NCBI GenBank assembly: GCA_963727895.1
Contig: CAVSHT010000014.1
Span: forward strand, 32,001-96,000
DNA: 64,000 nucleotides
Direction of reading: 5' to 3'
Source: an uncultured Methanosarcinaceae archaeon
GTDB lineage: Archaea > Halobacteriota > Methanosarcinia > Methanosarcinales > Methanosarcinaceae
A program made the position numbers and the translations under genes. Under the pieces are notes generated by a model. It was not told the DNA's origin and did no database searches. It saw nothing but the letters and a program-made list of their open reading frames with translations. This document shows positions 35,611 through 47,137 of the stretch, in pieces; position 1 is the first letter of the stretch; each line of letters opens with the position of its first letter.

Positions 35611-36399
35611 GACTTTTTAACCCCTCAAATATGATTATAAAATACTCTACCTTCCACAGCTTACTATTAAAAACAAAAAGAAAATAAGAAGCTTGTGGGC
35701 ATAGAATCTAAGTCTCTAATTAATCATCTTTTCTATTCATTAAAATAGATTCCATGTGTTTTTCGTTAAATGAGAAATTGTGTCTAGCCCCTCAATATTT
35801 ATCAAATATTTTAATAAATTGTGAGATGGAACATATTTACGGATTACGCTGATAAGTTTATCTTTAGATTTTGCGGATATTTCGAGATAAGAACTTTAAT
35901 ACATACAACGTTCGGATTTTTAGAAAAAATTACTTATTTTTCAATCAAAATTTAGAATATTCTTCACCAACTGCGAACCTTTTAATATTTACTTCGTAAA
36001 GATTTTTCATGAATGATGTACTTGTAACCCTTGATAGAACCAAGGTTTTTACAATAACAGAATCGGGTATTATTATATGTGGTAATAAATTTATAGAAGA
36101 ACTTATAAGAAATAGGTATCTATACAATATCAGATAGGACTATTTTGATTAAAGACATTGGATTTTATTAAAAGATATTTACATTCTTTTATATAGCAGG
36201 ATTAGTTAAAGAAAATATCATGCATATTAAGATAGAACTTTTTTTTAGAATTCTTTTTTTTATTTGATAAATAATTTAAACTATTATATTCAAACTATCT
36301 AATGAGATATCATATTAGACTATGTATATAGCAACAAAAGATCTAGCTCTCTAAATCGTTTGGTTTAGAACATAATCCAACCATATAGGAGTTCAAAAT

Positions 36400-36678
36400 A
36401 TGAATAAACATAAAGGAATAAGGGCAGTATCTCTGCTTGTTGGAATTCTGCTTTTCATGGCATCAATACAGACTTCATTTGCGGCATTCAATATCAAAAA
36501 TTGGGACTGGAATACACCATTTGGGAACAAAACCACGGAGAATGCAACATGGAGCAATACAACATGGAGTTCAACAAATGGTTCTGCTCCATCTTCTGAT
36601 CTCATAAACATTAATCCGTTTTTCGGTTCTACGAACTTTTCAATACCGCCTATAAAGCAACTGCCGAAAATACAATAA
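36400..36678 (+). CDS. Small secreted protein
   Basis: Signal peptide, AGGAG upstream, NxT/S-rich. Confidence 0.55.
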   Translation: MNKHKGIRAVSLLVGILLFMASIQTSFAAFNIKNWDWNTPFGNKTTENATWSNTTWSSTNGSAPSSDLININPFFGSTNFSIPPIKQLPKIQ

Positions 36679-36685
36679 AATAATG

Positions 36686-36856
36686 GGTTCCGTTGCAAAA
36701 AATATCTGCTAAGGATATAATTAAAATAAAAAGGAAATCAAAAGTAGTGACATGCTATCTAATTCCTTTAAATGGAAGCACTTTGTAGGTGAAATTATCT
36801 TATTGTGAAGGTTTTCGAAGATTTTATAAAATGCTCTGATTTTTTGCAACAGAACC
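36686..36856 (+). mobile_element. Hybrid IS6 5' fragment / MITE end
   Basis: Left inverted repeat and first codons of IS6, joined to a right end like that of 34048-34196. Confidence 0.75.
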
Positions 36857-36891
36857 GATATATTTAGATAAGAATACCAAGAAATGAAAAG

Positions 36892-38148
36892 TCACCATAT
36901 CTGTACAGAACAGATTCTTCGTATATCTGGACGGTAGGTCATAAATCTAACAAATGCTCCATCTCGATAAATGGCATCCGCTAACATATCTGGGTCTCCA
37001 ATAAAAACAATCTCACTCGTAAGGCCTCCACGCCCACGACTTGAAACGTTTGCATTGATAATTCCCATCATTTTAAATTTAGATATTTTTTGAGAAATTG
37101 CAGCTAATGATAATGGTTCTTCTTCTGCAAATTTACACATATCACGATATATTCGATAAACATCACCAGTGACAATGAATTTTCCGGTCTTCAGATATTT
37201 CTCAGCATAAATCATTGCTAATAAAGCAAACTTTTCATGGAAAGCCATGTTTAAAACAAACTGCAAGTTGATGTCCTCCTTAACTTTTATAGAAGCCATC
37301 ATTACGTGTCCTGGTTGAACATTTGAACATTCTGTTTTAATTGCAAAATTACCTGCAGCTTGTAAAAGGAAAATTGCTCTTCTTGCATCTCCTTCGTCCT
37401 TTGCAGATTCTTCAGCACAGAGTTCTACAGTACCTTCACAAATTACATTTGGGTAAAAAGCTAGAGGAATCCTCATATTTAAGATGTCAATTAATTGTCT
37501 CTTGTTATATGGAGGAAATACAATTGTTTCTCTTTGCATAGAAGAATCAACTCTTGGATCAAGAGAATTAACAAATTCACCCGTATTGGAAACACCGATA
37601 ATATGAATGAACTGTCTTTCATTCAATTCTTTGAATTCTCCTGAACGGCTGAAATTGTAAAGGACATTGTCGTCTTTCAGAAAATCAATTTCGTCAAAAA
37701 TAACCGTTAAAGAATGACCTTGTTTTTTGAGATATGAATAAAATAAGTCATAGTAATACCCACAAGATACTCCACTTTTTGGTAATGGTTCAGAATAGCC
37801 CAATTCACGAAGCAGAAAACTTAGAATTTTAGTTGTTGTGTTATGTTTTTTACATGGAACAGTGATATGTTTTAAATTGACTGAGCCTCCTGCTTCTGAA
37901 TACAGTTGTCTAAGTACATGCTTAATTACAACTGTCTTTCCTGATCCAGGAGGGCCATATATAAAAGCATGTCCAGGCTTTCCATTTCTGAAGAGAGGAT
38001 AAAAAATTTCAGCTATAGAATTTATTTCCTCATCTCGGCCTACTAGAACACTTGGAATGTAGTCGCTTTCAAGAACATAAGAATCCTTAAATATTTTTAC
38101 TTTTTTGAAATCAAAAAGTTTTTTGGGAACAGTAGAATCTAATTCCAT
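36892..38148 (-). CDS. cdc6: Orc1/Cdc6 replication initiator
   Basis: DYIPSVLVGRDEE, Walker A GPPGSGKT, Walker B IFDEID, FPPY, GDARRAI, C-terminal winged helix with GRGG. Confidence 0.92.
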   Translation of the reverse strand: MELDSTVPKKLFDFKKVKIFKDSYVLESDYIPSVLVGRDEEINSIAEIFYPLFRNGKPGHAFIYGPPGSGKTVVIKHVLRQLYSEAGGSVNLKHITVPCKKHNTTTKILSFLLRELGYSEPLPKSGVSCGYYYDLFYSYLKKQGHSLTVIFDEIDFLKDDNVLYNFSRSGEFKELNERQFIHIIGVSNTGEFVNSLDPRVDSSMQRETIVFPPYNKRQLIDILNMRIPLAFYPNVICEGTVELCAEESAKDEGDARRAIFLLQAAGNFAIKTECSNVQPGHVMMASIKVKEDINLQFVLNMAFHEKFALLAMIYAEKYLKTGKFIVTGDVYRIYRDMCKFAEEEPLSLAAISQKISKFKMMGIINANVSSRGRGGLTSEIVFIGDPDMLADAIYRDGAFVRFMTYRPDIRRICSVQIW

Positions 38149-38218
38149 TCAAACATCTCCACTTTAATAAAACTATATAAAGCACAAGAAGATATTTAAT
38201 GATTTTGATTTTGTATAA

Positions 38219-38348
38219 GAGCCTATCCTAAAACTCAAAATTTGCTTATTAGGTATTCAATTTCATATATTCAACCAAGCTTTTGATTGTGAAAACAATT
38301 CCGAAAATTCCCAACAATTAGGAATAAAGTAGCTTTTGGGATAGGCTC
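38219..38348. mobile_element. 130-bp MITE (GAGCCTATCC family)
   Basis: GAGCCTATCCTAAAA...TTTTGGGATAGGCTC. Confidence 0.8.
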
Positions 38349-38468
38349 TAATAGTACCAATAAAATGAAAAACATGATCAAAAGGATTTTTTTGATAATA
38401 TCTCAAAACAAGACAGTGTGTGCGCTGGTAAAGTGGAAACGTTTTTCTTGACATTAAGCCGAAAAAGA

Positions 38469-39324
38469 GGTTCTGTTGCAAAAAATATCTGTTAAGGATA
38501 TAATCAAATAAAAGGGAAGTAAAGGATAATGACATGCTATCTAATCCCTTTAAATGGAAGCATTTTGTGGGTGAAATTATTTTATTGAATGTTAGATGGT
38601 ACTTAAAATATCCATTAAGTTATCGAAATTTAAAGGAAATGATGGCAGAAAGAGGGATAATAGTCAACCATACAACCATTATGAGATGGATACATCAATA
38701 TTCACCTGAAATTGAAAAGAAGGTCCGAAGGCATTTAAGACCAACAAACGACTCTTGGAGAGTTGATGAAACTTATATCAGAGTTAAAGGTAAATGGAAA
38801 TATTTTTACCGAGCAGTTGACTCAAATGGAGATACAATTGATTTTATGTTAAGTGCAAAACGAGACCAAAAAGCAGCGAACAGATTCTTCAAAAAAGCTT
38901 TGAATTCTAATCAGAATCAAATTCCAAGAGTAATCACAGTTGATAAAAATCCAGCTTATCCACCTGCTATAAATAAACTAAAAAATGACAAAATACTACC
39001 TATAAACGTAGGCATTAGACAAATCAAGTATTTGAATAACATTATAGAACAAGATCATAGATCCATTAAACGAATAGTTAATCCAATGTTAGGATTTCAG
39101 TCTTTTAACACAGCTATTAAAACTTTAAAAGGAATTGAAGCGATGAATATGATTAAAAAAGGACAAGTCAAGAATCTAAATTACTCTGGTCTTAATGAAG
39201 CTAAATATATTAATCAATTATTTGGAATAGTTCTATAATATTGATACATCTTCTTGAATATTTTAACTTCTGTTCATTGTCTATAGATTTACATGCTTAT
39301 TCTGAGATTTTTTGCAACGGAACC
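38469..39324 (+). mobile_element. IS6-family element with intact transposase (38534-39238); no target duplication
   Basis: WRVDETY, TVDKNP, NNIIEQDHR DDE motifs; both inverted repeats present. Confidence 0.95.
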
Positions 39325-39770
39325 TACTACAGTCAAAAATAGAATTTACTCAGAATTTTATAGAATCTGTTTTCCACTTTAGCAATGCACATGCTATATA
39401 CTACAGTCAAAAATAGAATTTACTCAGAATTTTATAGAATCTGTTTTCCACTTTAGCAATGCACATGCTATATACTACAGTCAAAAATAGAATTTACTCA
39501 GAATTTTATAGAATCTGTTTTCCACTTTAGCAATGCACATGCTATATACTACAGTCAAAAATAGAATTTACTCAGAATTTTATAGAATCTGTTTTCCACT
39601 TTAGCAATGCACATGCTATATACTACAGTCAAAAATAGAATTTACTCAGAATTTTATAGAATCTGTTTTCCACTTTAGCAATGCACATGCTATATACTAC
39701 AGTCAAAAATAGAATTTACTCAGAATTTTATAGAATCTGTTTTCCACTTTAGCAATGCACATGCTATATA
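39325..39770. repeat. Six perfect 74-bp tandem repeats, non-coding
   Basis: Unit TACTACAGTCAAAAATAGAATTTACTCAGAATTTTATAGAATCTGTTTTCCACTTTAGCAATGCACATGCTATA at 39325, 39399, 39473, 39547, 39621, 39695. Confidence 0.97.
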
Positions 39771-39935
39771 CAAAGGAACTCTATTTATTATAGTTGTTCA
39801 GCATCTGTTGTGTTTATGAATAAGGGTGGGACAATTCGTTTTATGGTGTCAATTGGTATTGCTGTTTTAATGGGTATATTAAGTGCTCTCGTTGTAGTGA
39901 TACATAATCCAAAAAAATAGTGTGCCTGAATATTG

Positions 39936-40430
39936 TTACCATAATTTCCACCACGGTTTACCCTTCTCAGCTGCAGGCGCTTCAATCTGCTTAACCTCAA
40001 CATTCTTGAAGTAGTGAGCAAATACATTAAGCGTTTCTACTTCTTTTGTAAGATCTTCTATTCGCTTATCTTTTTCTTCAAGAAGCTTTTCTATACCAGT
40101 AAATCTTCCTTTTAATTCTGCAAATTCTAAAGGGTTCGGAGCAGCTTGTATTATGCTTTTTAGTTTATGTATTTCGTCCTTATTACTTTGTATTATGGTG
40201 TATTTTTCTTGTAATTCTTTTTTTAGTTTTTGTATTTCGCTTTCTTGTTCGTGTAATACCTTTGTATTATTTAGTGTCTTTTCTTACGTATTATTTAATA
40301 AATTTTCTAAAGCTTTTGTAATACAAGCTGTTTTATCGTTATATTCTTCTGCCTCCACAGCTGTGACTAACAAGTCATGCAGGCTTTTAGGGATTTTAGC
40401 ATTAATAGGAACACGTATTTCGCCGGTCAT
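39936..40430 (-). pseudogene. RHH + coiled coil + KPWWKLW-tail protein (one internal TAA at 40284-40286)
   Basis: Not in the ORF track; by hand MTGEIRVPINAKIPKSLHDLL...KALENLLNNT*EK...KDKRIEDLTKEVETLNVFAHYFKNVEVKQIEAPAAEKGKPWWKLW. Confidence 0.8.
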
Positions 40431-40860
40431 ACTGGCGTATTATGGTGTAATATTTTAAAAATATAGTCTATCTTATGAGCATGAAATAATTGAATTTCAA
40501 AAGTATTTAAATATATATATTTAAGATCCATTTTCACATATTTGATAAATACCTATGTGTTTCTTACCATTTTTGAGTTAAAGTATGTTATTGATAGAAT
40601 TAATTTTCTATCCACAAATGGAATGAGCTTCCTTATATTTAATTTTCGCATATGTATTGGTTCTTGCAGTTCATAGTATGTAGAATGAATTTTTACAAAT
40701 TCACATCGCTTTTATCAGCCAATATCGAAAATTTTTGTTGAGTGAACAAAATTAGTTTGAAATCTAAAATTTTTTCTGATTTTTGGCACATGGACTATAT
40801 AGTATTGTAACAAGAAAGTTAGTTGTAAAGGAATACATTTTACAAAATGAGAAGATAACT

Positions 40861-41109
40861 ATGATAATAACTCCATTTTATTATTGCAGAAATTGCAGGA
40901 AACTTTACCCAGGAAACAAGGTTGAAATTGCAAATGCTCCAATAGACAAACTTGTATCTGCAGCACGTTATACCCTTGGATCACAGGATCATATATTTAG
41001 AATTGGAGGCAAGACTATCCAGCTATCAGATTTGCATCATTGCAATGATCATGAGGTAGGATTAGCGAATTTTATAAAATTCCAGATTACTAAAGAAAAG
41101 AAAGAATAA
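40861..41109 (+). CDS. 82-aa CxxC...HHC putative Zn-binding protein, copy 1
   Basis: MIITPFYYCRNCRKLYPG...LHHCNDHEVG; paralog at 42733. Confidence 0.7.
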   Translation: MIITPFYYCRNCRKLYPGNKVEIANAPIDKLVSAARYTLGSQDHIFRIGGKTIQLSDLHHCNDHEVGLANFIKFQITKEKKE

Positions 41110-41277
41110 GATAAACAAAATTAGCATTTTTTGGAAAAAACTGAATTTCAGAAGCATAACTTTTTCTAAAATCTATGTATTTTTCATTTAGCGAAAATTA
41201 GTTTGCCTAAGCAAGAAAAACGGATAAAGTAGATAGATCTTTGTAGAAAAAACGAAGCTGGTGAAATTTGGACTAAA

Positions 41278-41631
41278 TTAACTTTTTTTGATTTCTTCCA
41301 GTATCTCTTCTAGTGGCTCTTTCAGAGAAGGGATATCTTTCTTTACAGTGCTCCAAATGATGGGAAGATCTACTACAAAATATCCATGAACTACTTTGTC
41401 ACGGATTCCAGCCATGAGTTTCCATGGAACTTCTGAATGTTCATTTTTTAGGGACTCAGGAATATTCTTTGATGCTTCTCCAATGATTTCCAAGGCTTTC
41501 ATTACAGCATATACTGTTTTTTTATCACTAGAAAATTCATCAAATTCAATTCCTTTAATGAATTCCTCTATATCGGCAACAGATTCTATAATATCAAGTA
41601 AAAATTGGGTAGAATCCCGCCTGTAAGTCAT
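41278..41631 (-). CDS. HEPN (DUF86) RNase toxin, HepT-like
   Basis: LEIIGEA, PW, RDKVVHGY (Rx4HxY). Confidence 0.9.
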   Translation of the reverse strand: MTYRRDSTQFLLDIIESVADIEEFIKGIEFDEFSSDKKTVYAVMKALEIIGEASKNIPESLKNEHSEVPWKLMAGIRDKVVHGYFVVDLPIIWSTVKKDIPSLKEPLEEILEEIKKS

Positions 41632-41936
41632 AAAGATATAACCTCATTAAGAATATGTTTTCCAACATTCTGTTTGAGACCTGTTCTAGTTACTAGATCT
41701 ACTTTTATTCCCAAGAGGTCACTTAGATAGTATTCAAGTTCAATGTATTTCAAAAGACCGGGTATTTTATCAAATTCTACTAGAACATCAAGATCACTAT
41801 TCTTTGTTTGCTCTCCACGGATGTAAGACCCAAAAACTCCTATATAGCTTACGCTATATTTTTCTTTTAATTCAGGTATATGTTGCCTTAATATCTTGAT
41901 AAAATATTCTGAATCTTTTAGTTCTTGAGAAAGCAT
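41628..41936 (-). CDS. Minimal nucleotidyltransferase antitoxin, MntA-like
   Basis: FGSYIRGEQTKNSDLD (GSx10DxD); 4-nt overlap with the HEPN gene. Confidence 0.9.
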   Translation of the reverse strand: MLSQELKDSEYFIKILRQHIPELKEKYSVSYIGVFGSYIRGEQTKNSDLDVLVEFDKIPGLLKYIELEYYLSDLLGIKVDLVTRTGLKQNVGKHILNEVISL

Positions 41937-42149
41937 TTTATATAGAATCCTCCAAGTATCTTCTCACAAACGTGGTAAAATAGTGAATACCTCATTAATG
42001 AGAATATGCATAATATCTATTTGTCATTTTCTCCGATTTGTTTTTAATTGATGCCTATTTTTAACATAAAAAGCTATGTGCATTAATTTAATTTTTGTAA
42101 CATGAATATATTTATTATAAATGTTTAGGAATCATCTTGTAAGAATTCC

Positions 42150-42480
42150 CTATTCTATGAGCCTCTTTTCGATATCCTTCATTTCATAATTTGTAAAAGA
42201 AAGGCTCTGGTAATGTCTAAGACTGGTAATAGGATCGTGTCTTTGCTTTCTGTATATTTCAATCTCTGGTATCCCTGATTTCAGCATCCAACTTTCAATA
42301 GTCTTCCTGGGAGTTTTTGGATTGACCTTTGGAGTAATACCGGCTTTGTAGCTCCATCTTTCAAGGTCCTCAAACCAAGTATTACGTGCTGGTGGTTTCT
42401 TGCTTTCTAGAAAAGCCTTGAAGAGATAGGGAAATGTAGCCGGTAACTTATCAATTGTTCTCTTTACAAGTTTTTGTTTT
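42150..42480 (-). pseudogene. Tyrosine recombinase/integrase C-terminal fragment
   Basis: KTPRKTIESW...QRHDPITSLRHY; the 5' part is replaced by the 200-bp duplicated segment. Confidence 0.7.
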
Positions 42481-42732
42481 ACTCTAAAAAGGACAAATTT
42501 TGTCTGTCTGTCTGGTTCTCTCAGACACATGTCTAGCTAATAATAGATAACAAGACATGTTTTTCTATTGATGCTGATTTTGGCAGAGCAGACACTAAAA
42601 TGAGATAATAAGTATAAATGTATATAATAAGTAGACGCATATTGTTTATACAGCCATAACAGGTTAAAGGCTGTCTGCGAAAAAGAAGAGATAACTACAA
42701 AAGAATGTCTTTTACAAAATGAGAAGATAAGT

Positions 42733-42981
42733 ATGATAATAACTCCGTTTTATTATTGCAGGAATTGCAGAAAACTTTACCCAGGAAACAAGCTTGAGAT
42801 TGCAAACATTCCAATAGAAAAACTTGCATATGCAGCACGTTATACTCTGGGGTCGCAAGATCACGTATTTAGGATCGGAGGAAAAGTTATTCAGCTTTCA
42901 GATTTGCATCATTGCAACGATCATGAAGTCGGATTAGCGAACTTTATAACAATCCATATTACTAAAGAAGAAAAAGAATAA
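42733..42981 (+). CDS. 82-aa CxxC...HHC putative Zn-binding protein, copy 2
   Basis: Highly similar to 40861-41109. Confidence 0.7.
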   Translation: MIITPFYYCRNCRKLYPGNKLEIANIPIEKLAYAARYTLGSQDHVFRIGGKVIQLSDLHHCNDHEVGLANFITIHITKEEKE

Positions 42982-43259
42982 GAGATATAAATTTTTTCCA
43001 ATATACTTTCTTTTCCTGAATACTTTAACTTTTGTTCATTATCCATAGATTTACAGGCTTATTCTCAGATTTTTTGCAACGGAACCTTCGACTGAAATAA
43101 AATTTAAACATGAGCCTGAAAATAAATCTGTACTTATTCTCAGAGCTCGACTTTTTAAACTTAAATTCTGTTGAGCATAGCAAATTCTGTGCCTAAAATC
43201 CTTATATTGCTCTACTATTCAATCTAAAAACCACTTTTCATATAGCTAAACGTCTGTGC

Positions 43260-43974
43260 TTAACGTGTGATATGTAAAACTGGTGATACTGTTTTGTCTA
43301 TTGTCTCCCATGGGTTACACCTAACAGGCCATACTACTGTGTGAGTACCTGATGTATAATAACTATGGGTTCCAGAAGCTAGATTTGTATAACTGTCTGC
43401 AATTTTATACTTTGTATTTGCTCCCCAAGTACTTGTCGATGCTATGGGACTTGCACCATTGTCTTTATGCAGGTATGAAGATATAGAGATATATGGAATT
43501 GTTGTAGAGGTAGTTGGATAAACCACTTTTGAACTTGATGCAAAATCTATCTGACCTTGAACCTTTGCTGTTATAAAAGAGTCATCTTCTACTTTGTACG
43601 TGCCGACGCCAATTATATCTTGAGGGGTTATTTGACTATTTATATTATTTGATTCCGAACTTTTACTTGCACTCACTGTTTTTTTGCCTAGTTGTGTATT
43701 ACTTGAATCTGGCCAAACCATTGGTTCTGTCTTTATACGCTCTACAATATCGTTAGGAAGCACTTCTAATGATCCTGGATACACCTTTTCCATAAATTCT
43801 GCAGTTGTTATATTTTTTCCCCAGACCTGAGATAAAACTGTACTATTATTTGAAAAAAATTGATATGATTTTAAAGGCTTATTATTCTTTGTCACGGTAT
43901 TGCTATTTTCATCTGCCAATGCTAACGGAGTTAGGAGAATTGCCAAAATGAATATTCCTATTATTAATTTTGGC
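43260..43974 (-). pseudogene. Secreted protein whose start codon was removed by IS1
   Basis: Signal-like KLIIGIFILAILLTPLALA runs into the IS1 end, with an in-frame TAG inside the IS. Confidence 0.6.
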
Positions 43975-44641
43975 GGTATTGTTACCTAAATATATCTAGT
44001 TCTTTATTTCTGTATTTCATCAATAGAATAACCGAGTACTTTAGCATTTCAAGACTTTTTTATAACACTTTGTCTTTCTTCTCAATCTTGCCAGAAAATG
44101 CTTCAATATGCTGTTATATCCTTCAACAGTATACGTTTCTGCTTTTGATTGGTATGGATCTTTTCTGAAGAAACTCTGCATATGACCTCCAGTGATCTGT
44201 CATCACTTCTCCAATCTCTTTTTTCTTCAATTTTTCCCAGAGTAGTTTTCCAGTTTCCGTTCCTCTGCTGCCAAAAGAGCAGTTGATGAACTTTTTCCTA
44301 ACTCTATCAACAGCAATCCAGATCCAGCAATACTTTTTTTGTTACCGATGTACGTGTGCATTTCATCCATTTCAACAATAAATATCTCATTTTCACTTTT
44401 TAGATTCTCTCACTCTTGACCAAATTTCTGTATCCATCTTTGGACAGAAACATGACTTACCCCTAAAAATCGTCCTATTGAGCGAAAACCCAATCCTTCA
44501 ATATAGCCACAATCAGAACATTTGTACCGTTGACGCCCGTCAACTATATCATTTTTTTGTGACTGGAACTATTGCATCTGGGGCAGTTCATGCAGAAATA
44601 TATGTTATAAGCATATATATCTATTTTTGATTACCAATGCC
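43975..44641 (-). mobile_element. IS1-family element, degenerate
   Basis: GGTATTG...CAATGCC ends; similar internal deletion to 21524-22194. Confidence 0.9.
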
Positions 44642-44755
44642 CTATTTTTAGAGTGAAGAAAAAACTATGGCAAATGTAGAATTCTATCGGTTAATTGGAA
44701 TTTTAGTAAAAAAGTAAAAGAAAGAAGGATTGAGAAAATCCTTCATTCTGAAAAT

Positions 44756-46781
44756 TTATTTGTTCTTCCTGACAATGTAGACAACTAACAGCAGTCCAAA
44801 GATTGCTGGAATACCCTCAAAGCCAGGAGTATTCTTTTTTGTTGTGGTATTGTTTGCAGCTGATGTAGCTGAAGTTGTTGTAACTGGGGTCTCCGTGTTT
44901 GTAGGAGTACTTGCGTTTACACCTGGAGTTGGAGTAACACGTTGTGTTATTGATACTTGTTGTGTTATTGATACTTGTTGTGTTATTGATACTTGTTGTG
45001 TTATCCGACGTGGTTGCAACTGTTCCATTGTTGAGGGTTTGCTGAACGTATGGGTAGTATCTGAGTGCATCTGAGTCGGCGACCTTGAAGTACATTCCCT
45101 GTCCAATTTCCTGATCAGAATCTCTAGTCAGACTGAATGTATCTTTGTTGTTGATGGTAATGGTAGGTCCATTAATGGCTACATTATCGAGTTTGCCGAA
45201 TTCATTGCTAGTATCGATCTTAATAGCGTTTGCGTAATCAATAAGCCAGATACCATCAATCTGTGCAATGCTGTCGACTGCGCCCTGGAATACCTGGTCG
45301 ACATGGACTTTCAGGACAGGAACATTGTCTTCGCCCTGTACATTGTCAATTTTAGAGGTCCAGACTCCATCTCCAGAGTCAGTTGAGACAATTTGGTCAT
45401 CCACATACTGTCCGTCCTTATCGAATTCAAGCCAGACTTTCTTACCGTCAACATCTACCTGTTTTGCCTCGAGAGTGTAGCCCTGACCAAGGTCAAGTTT
45501 ATCTCCGGTCTTCAGGGTGTACTTGTCGTCGCTGTCAAGAATGAGTTTGGCAAGCTTGCTAGCATCGTTGGATTTCAGAGGAACATACTTCTGCGCAAAG
45601 AAGCCGAGAACTGGGTAAGTTCCATTGAAAACATCACTGGCCTTATAATCAACACTTTTTATAGTGGTGCTGTAGTTGAGGCCATATTTCGGAATAGTTC
45701 TTCCGCTAACACCAGAAACGCTCAAAGTTTCGGTTCCAACATTCTTATTCAGATCGTAGAAGAAACCAGCAAAGTTGTTTGAAGTCCAATTGTAAGACTG
45801 TTCGCCGGAAACAACGGTTCCTCTTATATCATAGGTTCCAGAAGTTGTTTGCTGCTTAAAGGCATAGAATCTGAGCACATCGGAGTCAGCAACTCTGAAA
45901 TATAATCCCTGTCCAATTTCTTGATCAGAGTCTCTAGTCAGACTGAATGTATCTTTGTTGTTGATGGTAATTGTGGGACCATTGATGGCTACATTGTTTA
46001 GTTTACCGAATTCATTGCTAGTATCGATCTTCATAGCGTTTGCGTAGTCAATGAGCCAGAGACCATCAATCTGTGCAATGCTGTCGACTGCACCTTGGAA
46101 GACCTGGTTAACATGAACTTTCAGGACAGGAACTTTGTCTTCTCCCTGCACGTTGTCAACTTTACAGGTCCAGGTGCTATCTCCAGAGTCAGTTGAAACG
46201 ATCTGGTCATCCACATACTGTCCGTCCTTGTCGAATTCAAGCCAGACTTTCTTACCGTCAACATCTACCTGTTTTGCCTCGAGAGTGTAGCCCTGACCAA
46301 GGTCAAGTTTATCTCCGGTCTTCAGGGTGTACTTGTCGTCGCTGTCAAGAACGAGCTTTGCAAGCTTGCTAGCATCGTTAGATTTGAGTGGGATATACTT
46401 GTCTGCGAAGAAACCGAGCACACTGTAGTTGCCCCAATCTCCGTACTTGTAATCGGTTTGACCAATCGTTGTCGTATATACTAAACCGTTCTCTCCTATA
46501 GTCCTGCCAGAATTACCAGCAACTTTCTTAATAGAAAGAGACTCGGTTGTCACATTGCTGTTAAGGTCGTAATAGAATGCTGCAAATTTATTAGCATCCA
46601 TTGTAACATTACCGCCACTCTGGTTAAGAATGTCAACAATATTAGAGCCATTATACACTGGACCACGGATCTCAACTGTACTCACTGCTGAGGTTGTATT
46701 ATTATCACCAGCCATTGCAGCGGATGAAAATACAGTTAGAAGCATGAGAGTAGCCAGTGTAACTGCTACAAATCTCTTCAT
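44756..46781 (-). pseudogene. Major S-layer protein (two DUF1608 domains); PGF-CTERM anchor out of frame
   Basis: VEIRGPVYNG, FAAFYYDL, duplicated domain; TPGFEG-helix-RKNK is in another frame after an 18-bp repeat near 44940. Confidence 0.9.
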
Positions 46782-47074
46782 TTTATTGTTTCCTCCATAT
46801 TTGTTAAGAGTTATTATATGTAAAAAGAATTATCGGGATCAATAATGAAGGGCTTTCACCATTCGTCATCAATCAAATCTTGTATTCCGTCAATTGTCGA
46901 AGAATATCTCGTGTCTCGTCATCCCGAAAATTAGTTTACGCTGTCTTATAAAATAGTGCCTTTTAAATCTTTTGTGGTCCTTGATTTATGTAATTCAAGT
47001 GCACGAAATATGTTTTCGATATGTTTTGCCAGTATTATCGGATTGAACATGTTAACTATTTAAAATATTGACTA

Positions 47075-47137
47075 TTCGAATATTGTATTATTGTTCGACA
47101 ATTGTACTAATCTTCGACTAATGTACCAGAATCTATA
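47075..47137 (+). promoter_or_regulatory. Three 19-bp-periodic TTCGA-N4-TGTAY repeats followed by CAGAATCTAT
   Basis: Units at 47075, 47094, 47113; same motif at 49290 and 49309. Confidence 0.65.

Noticed and set aside
39325..39770. CRISPR array
   Set aside because: Units are identical end to end with no unique spacers, and there are no cas genes.
45060..46390. Long internal near-identity in the S-layer gene
   Set aside because: Expected tandem DUF1608 duplication.
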